Origin: Klebsormidium nitens
Taxonomy: Eukaryota > Plantae > Klebsormidiophyceae
Length of the DNA stretch: 64,000 nucleotides
Direction: 5' to 3'
Assembly (NCBI GenBank): GCA_000708835.1
Contig: DF237253.1
Location: forward strand, 1 to 64,000
In this document: piece after piece, positions 61,001 through 64,000 of the stretch
Numbering within the stretch: the stretch's first letter is position 1
How the letters are laid out: the number at the start of each line of letters is the position of its first letter
Position numbers and translations under genes: made by a program
Notes under the pieces: generated by a model
The model's database searches: none
What the model saw: only the letters and a program-made list of their open reading frames with translations
What the model was told of the DNA's origin: nothing

Positions 61001-63491
61001 AATCTTTCCGTACTGGTCATAGGTGAAAGCAACTCAAAAGATCAGCACCAGTCGACGTTTTGGTTGGTTTGAATTTAATCAAGTATCGTTTCACTGGATG
61101 TGTGGAGTTGAAGATCGACGAAGCGAACCGGCCCGTCCTGACACCACCGCTCTTCCGATTCCCTCACGGGCATTCTCCTGAAGTCCGTCCTTCACCGGTC
61201 ACGGACAAAACCGACTCAGAAGAGCAACACCAATTGACATTGTGATCGGTTTGAACAAAAGCATCTGTTGTTTTCTCAGGATGCGTGGGTTTGAACATCG
61301 ACGAAGCGAACCGGCCCCGCCTCTCTTCTCTTTCCCTCACGGTGATTTTTTAAAAGCTCAATCTCTCATTGGTCACAGATAGAAGCGTCTGGTTGGATTG
61401 ATAAAAAAAAAAACATTTATTCTCTCAGGATGCGTCGGATTGAACATCGACGAAGCGAACCGACCCCACCTCGGTCGCTCGGACAGCACCATTCCTGGAC
61501 TGGCCAAAGACCGGACGTCCGAGATCCTGAAAGCGGAGCTGGTGTCGGTTGCTAACCTGGCGGGTTCCGAGCGGGTTGTGGTTAACCGGAAGCCGCTAAC
61601 CCGGGAGGAGCTGGCCGCACTGTTCAATGCAGAGCGGCCTCCGCCCAGGATGGATCGCGGAAACTTTTGGTGAGTGGATTCTTTTCAACCGGTCGTGTAT
61701 TTTATTTGTTCCGTAAAATCGACGCGGGTTATCGGTAACCGGAAGCCGTTAACCTGGAATGAGTTGGCTGGACTAACAAACGCGAAGCAGTTGCCGCCCA
61801 GGATGGACTGCGGAGACTTCTGGTAAGTGATTCTTATCAACCGGTCATGATTTTGCCTTGTTGTGAGAGAAAGATGTGGGTTATCGCTAATCGAGCCGCT
61901 AACCCGAAATGAGCTGGCTACCCTAATTAATGCGGTTGCCGCCCAGGACGGATCGGGGGAACTTTTGGTAAGTCTCAGTTGTTGAATCTTGGACTGCAAG
62001 TTTTGGGCTTTCAGATGCACGCCTTCGTGCTTCTTAGTAGTTCGTCCCTCATCGTCACAACATTCAAGATGCCGACACTCTCTGCTTCTTGAAGATACGA
62101 GTTCGCCGCTTCAAACCCTTTACAATACCTCTTAAAAAGAGATGTGTAGGCCACCCTTGCCATTCTTGTCGAGATATGGAATCAGCGTTAGCTTCAAGCG
62201 TTGCCACTAGTCGAGACATTTTGCAAGCGCTCCCTCATTTTTCAGAGACTCGACGAACTTTCGACATCCAATACAGCTTTCCTGGAACCCTTCTATCATC
62301 ACAGCTCGATATGATGATCTTCGGAGCTCCTTACGAGATCGGAGGAGTGTCAATCAGCTTGTCGTGGTCCAGACTTTGAAGCGTCCGTTTCTACCGCATG
62401 CTCGAAAGAGAATCTTGTTGGAACGGATCCTGATTGTGACAATGTTCTCACAGGTACGATGCGCGGTCGGGGCTGTGGGGTAAGATGGGCCGCCCATTTG
62501 AGCGGATCGTTGCGCCGGGGCTCGAGGTGAGGTGGCAGCCTCTGATTGGTTCAGATTCCTTCTCTATGTGTGAGGATGTAACCAAGCGGTCTGAAATCGA
62601 TATTTGAATGTAGCCAGTGGCCTTTCTGTCCACGACTCTTTCCGGGCAGTCTGAATTGTTGCCTTGGGTCTTATGTAATGTTTTGTGGTCTTGGATCGGT
62701 GCGACTTTGGCCCCGCATAGTGTTCTGTGTCCTTCGGTCGCCAGTTACAAAGCCCGTATGTGGATTCGGTGCTTGCAATCTTTCTTCAGAGAATATGTCG
62801 ACCCCTTACCCTTCGACACAATCGCGTGTGCGACTGCAAAGGTGGATACTCGGCAAACGCGCAGAATTATCGAATAACTCTGGTCCGCTGAAGGCGTTTA
62901 GGGTAGGCGAAGTTCCCTTCTACCGAGAAGGATCGGTCTGGAAAAGGCAAGGGTTATAGCTTTGAACCTCTCCGAAAAGGCTAGCGGTTCAAACGCAAAG
63001 GTGCCTTGAAGGTGTCAATCTGGAAGGAGCAAAGATGTTCACTATGAGGCTCTTGGAGAGCGCCAGCGCTTCAAATGCACCGACCCGCCAGTAATCAATA
63101 TGGAAGAAGCAAAGGTTTAGGGGAGGCGAAGCTTCTCTTCTATCGAGAAGAAGAGGCAAGGGTCATCACTTTGAAGCTCGCCGAAAACGCCGGCGGTTCA
63201 AACGCAACGATGCCTTAAAGTGTCTCGCTGGAAGAAGCAAAGATCTTCACTACGACGCTCTCCACAAACGCCAGCGCTTTGTACGCCCTACAGGTCGGGG
63301 GCCCCTTACCCCAGGACGCAAGCAGCGGCTCCACCCGGGTTTACCTCAACGGACGGGAGCTGGGTAAGCGAGAGTTGCGGCTGTTCAAGTTTGCCGGCGC
63401 GAAGCTGAAGTCGAACAAGCGGATCTGGCTGGACGCAGACGGAGCGTATGGAGAGGAAGGGGGTCCGGCGAAGGGCAACATGTGGGAGCTG
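52010..63491 (+). CDS. XLG: Extra-large G protein (XLG)-like gene, N-terminal part; 5' end uncertain and 3' end beyond the window
   Basis: Phase-compatible exons 52010-55839, 56451-58053, 58602-59145, 59774-59855, 61429-61669, 62454-62526 and 63294-63491. They encode CSMC...[55 protein letters not shown] and [15 protein letters not shown], the conserved XLG Cys-rich/NUDE region. Confidence 0.85.
54825..55040 (+). repeat. 33-bp / 11-aa coding repeat (SDVAPAxKGxR), ~7 copies
   Basis: AGTGACGT(G)GCACC recurs every 33 nt within the long exon. Confidence 0.85.
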
Positions 63492-64000
63492 GTAAGGGAA
63501 GAAAGAGTAAACATGTTTATCCTGAGTTCGTTGTTTTGGCGAAAGGTGCCAGTCAATCCAGAAAAAGCTACATAAAGCTGGAAAGGTCTCCAGAATTGCA
63601 GAAGTCCGCACGTGCTGCAGCAATTTTGTGCATAGAGCTTTGATTCTGTCAGCACTTTATGTTGTTTCAACTGCAACGTCAGTCATCTGCTCGTCAAAAT
63701 CAGCAACTGCTGATAACAATTGAAACTCTAGAAGGCGTCCAATGAAGGGTAATAAGTGGAAGCGGGCGAGGATTACTTAAACCTGAACATCTCGATCCCC
63801 AGTTTGTAGATCTGTGAAACTCTAAAAGGCGTCCAATGAAGGGCAATATGTGGGAGCTGGTGCCGATTCCTAAAAGCCTGCAACGAGTCACCCGAATTCA
63901 TCTGGCCTTGCCGACTAGCTGTACCTGCTGGACATACGTATTTCCGCTCTTAAGAAATTACAAATGCCTCTAGTCAGCCGGCTCCAAAGAGCGGTGATCG

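Noticed and set aside
1-64000. tRNA/rRNA/snRNA genes
   Set aside because: GTTCGAA-like hits (e.g. ~59640, ~30213) lack cloverleaf context. None was identified by eye; tRNAscan-SE/Infernal would be needed to exclude them.

Overview
Intron-rich eukaryotic genomic DNA. The gene content (XLG-type G protein, RS-cyclophilin, F-box/LRR genes) fits a streptophyte alga or plant; a Klebsormidium-like host is my inference. The left ~9.4 kb is a virus/MGE-like module. It holds an intronless, frameshifted zinc-finger + SF3/D5-like helicase gene (+), a tyrosine recombinase (-), three tightly packed orphan ORFs (+), and a complete PrimPol + zinc-finger + D5 helicase gene (-) that reads through cleanly only after removing five GT-AG introns (867 aa). 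No capsid, packaging ATPase or PolB gene is recognisable in the window. Next come repeat-rich DNA, a near full-length LINE (ORF1, then APE-RT-CCHC) inserted in a degenerate ~110-bp satellite, and a possible Crinkler/REase-like gene. Host genes follow: prefoldin alpha (PFD5), an intronless F-box/LRR gene, an RS-rich cyclophilin, an 11-exon DenD-like SDR, a second F-box/LRR gene, and an XLG-like gene with a ~2000-aa low-complexity N-terminus that runs off the window. A recurrent oddity is that introns contain decayed tandem 'echo' copies of the adjacent exon ends with their splice sites. All family assignments are from motif recognition by eye, not database searches.
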